A DNA stretch of 64,000 nt. Origin: Anaeramoeba ignava BMAN. Its lineage: Eukaryota; Protista; Anaeramoebae. The stretch is from assembly GCA_028826165.1 (NCBI GenBank), contig JAPDFW010000070.1, forward strand, positions 248,001 through 312,000, given 5' to 3'. Below are positions 63,694 through 64,000 of this stretch, one piece after another. Below the pieces are notes generated by a model, which was not told where the DNA came from, ran no database searches, and saw nothing but the letters and a program-made list of their open reading frames with translations. The translations under genes and the position numbers were made by a program. Position 1 is the first letter of the stretch, and each line of letters begins with the position of its first letter.

Positions 63694-64000
63694 AAATTTT
63701 TGTTTTTATTTTTTAATTAAAAAAAATTTAAATTAAATTAAACAATAAAATTTAAAAAGAAAAGAAAAATTTAAAAAAAACAAAAATTAAAAAAAAAAAA
63801 CAAAAATTAAAAAAAAATTTTTTTTAAATTATTAATTTTTATTTATTAATTACTAATCATTATTTCAAATTAAAAATATAAATAATAAAAATAATTAAAA
63901 TAAACATTAATAATATAAATCAAATCTAAATTACATTTTAAATTAAATTATAAATCTAAAATTAATTAAAATTAATCAAAATATAAATAAAAAGTGGAAT

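Noticed and set aside
1-64000. Inteins, rRNA, tRNA and retroelements
   Set aside because: I recognised no intein splice-junction or homing-endonuclease motifs, no RT or integrase ORFs and no structured RNA genes by eye. A covariance-model scan would be needed to exclude small RNAs.

Overview
This is a very AT-rich eukaryotic nuclear region with GT-AG spliceosomal introns and the standard genetic code. Its composition and gene families (RCC1-BTB and BTB-TLDc expansions, an anaerobe-type Fe-S flavoprotein with a presequence) suggest an anaerobic protist such as Anaeramoeba; that assignment is inference. I reconstructed about 24 genes or pseudogenes by hand: two RasGAPs (one BAR-RasGAP), five RCC1-BTB paralogs, CLU1, a 2-EF-hand protein, an acid lipase, PTAR1, two BTB-TLDc genes in shared satellite-flanked cassettes, an F-box/multipass membrane protein, a RhoBTB-like pseudo-GTPase, a bacterial-like DUF4139-type gene, an NT-C2/DIL protein, an ankyrin-BTB gene, three acid-ceramidase-like/EGF/TM genes and a sarcosine-oxidase-alpha-like Fe-S flavoprotein. 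The main finding is in the ankyrin-BTB gene (51838-54241). Its four internal ankyrin repeats are each a 96-nt exon, and the two beta-hairpin-tip residues at each of the five repeat junctions are each encoded by a separate 3-nt exon (ten AG|NNN|GTA microexons, all phase 0). That architecture could diversify a binding surface by splicing. Many single-base frameshifts in homopolymers, even in conserved genes, look like consensus errors, so pseudogene calls are tentative.
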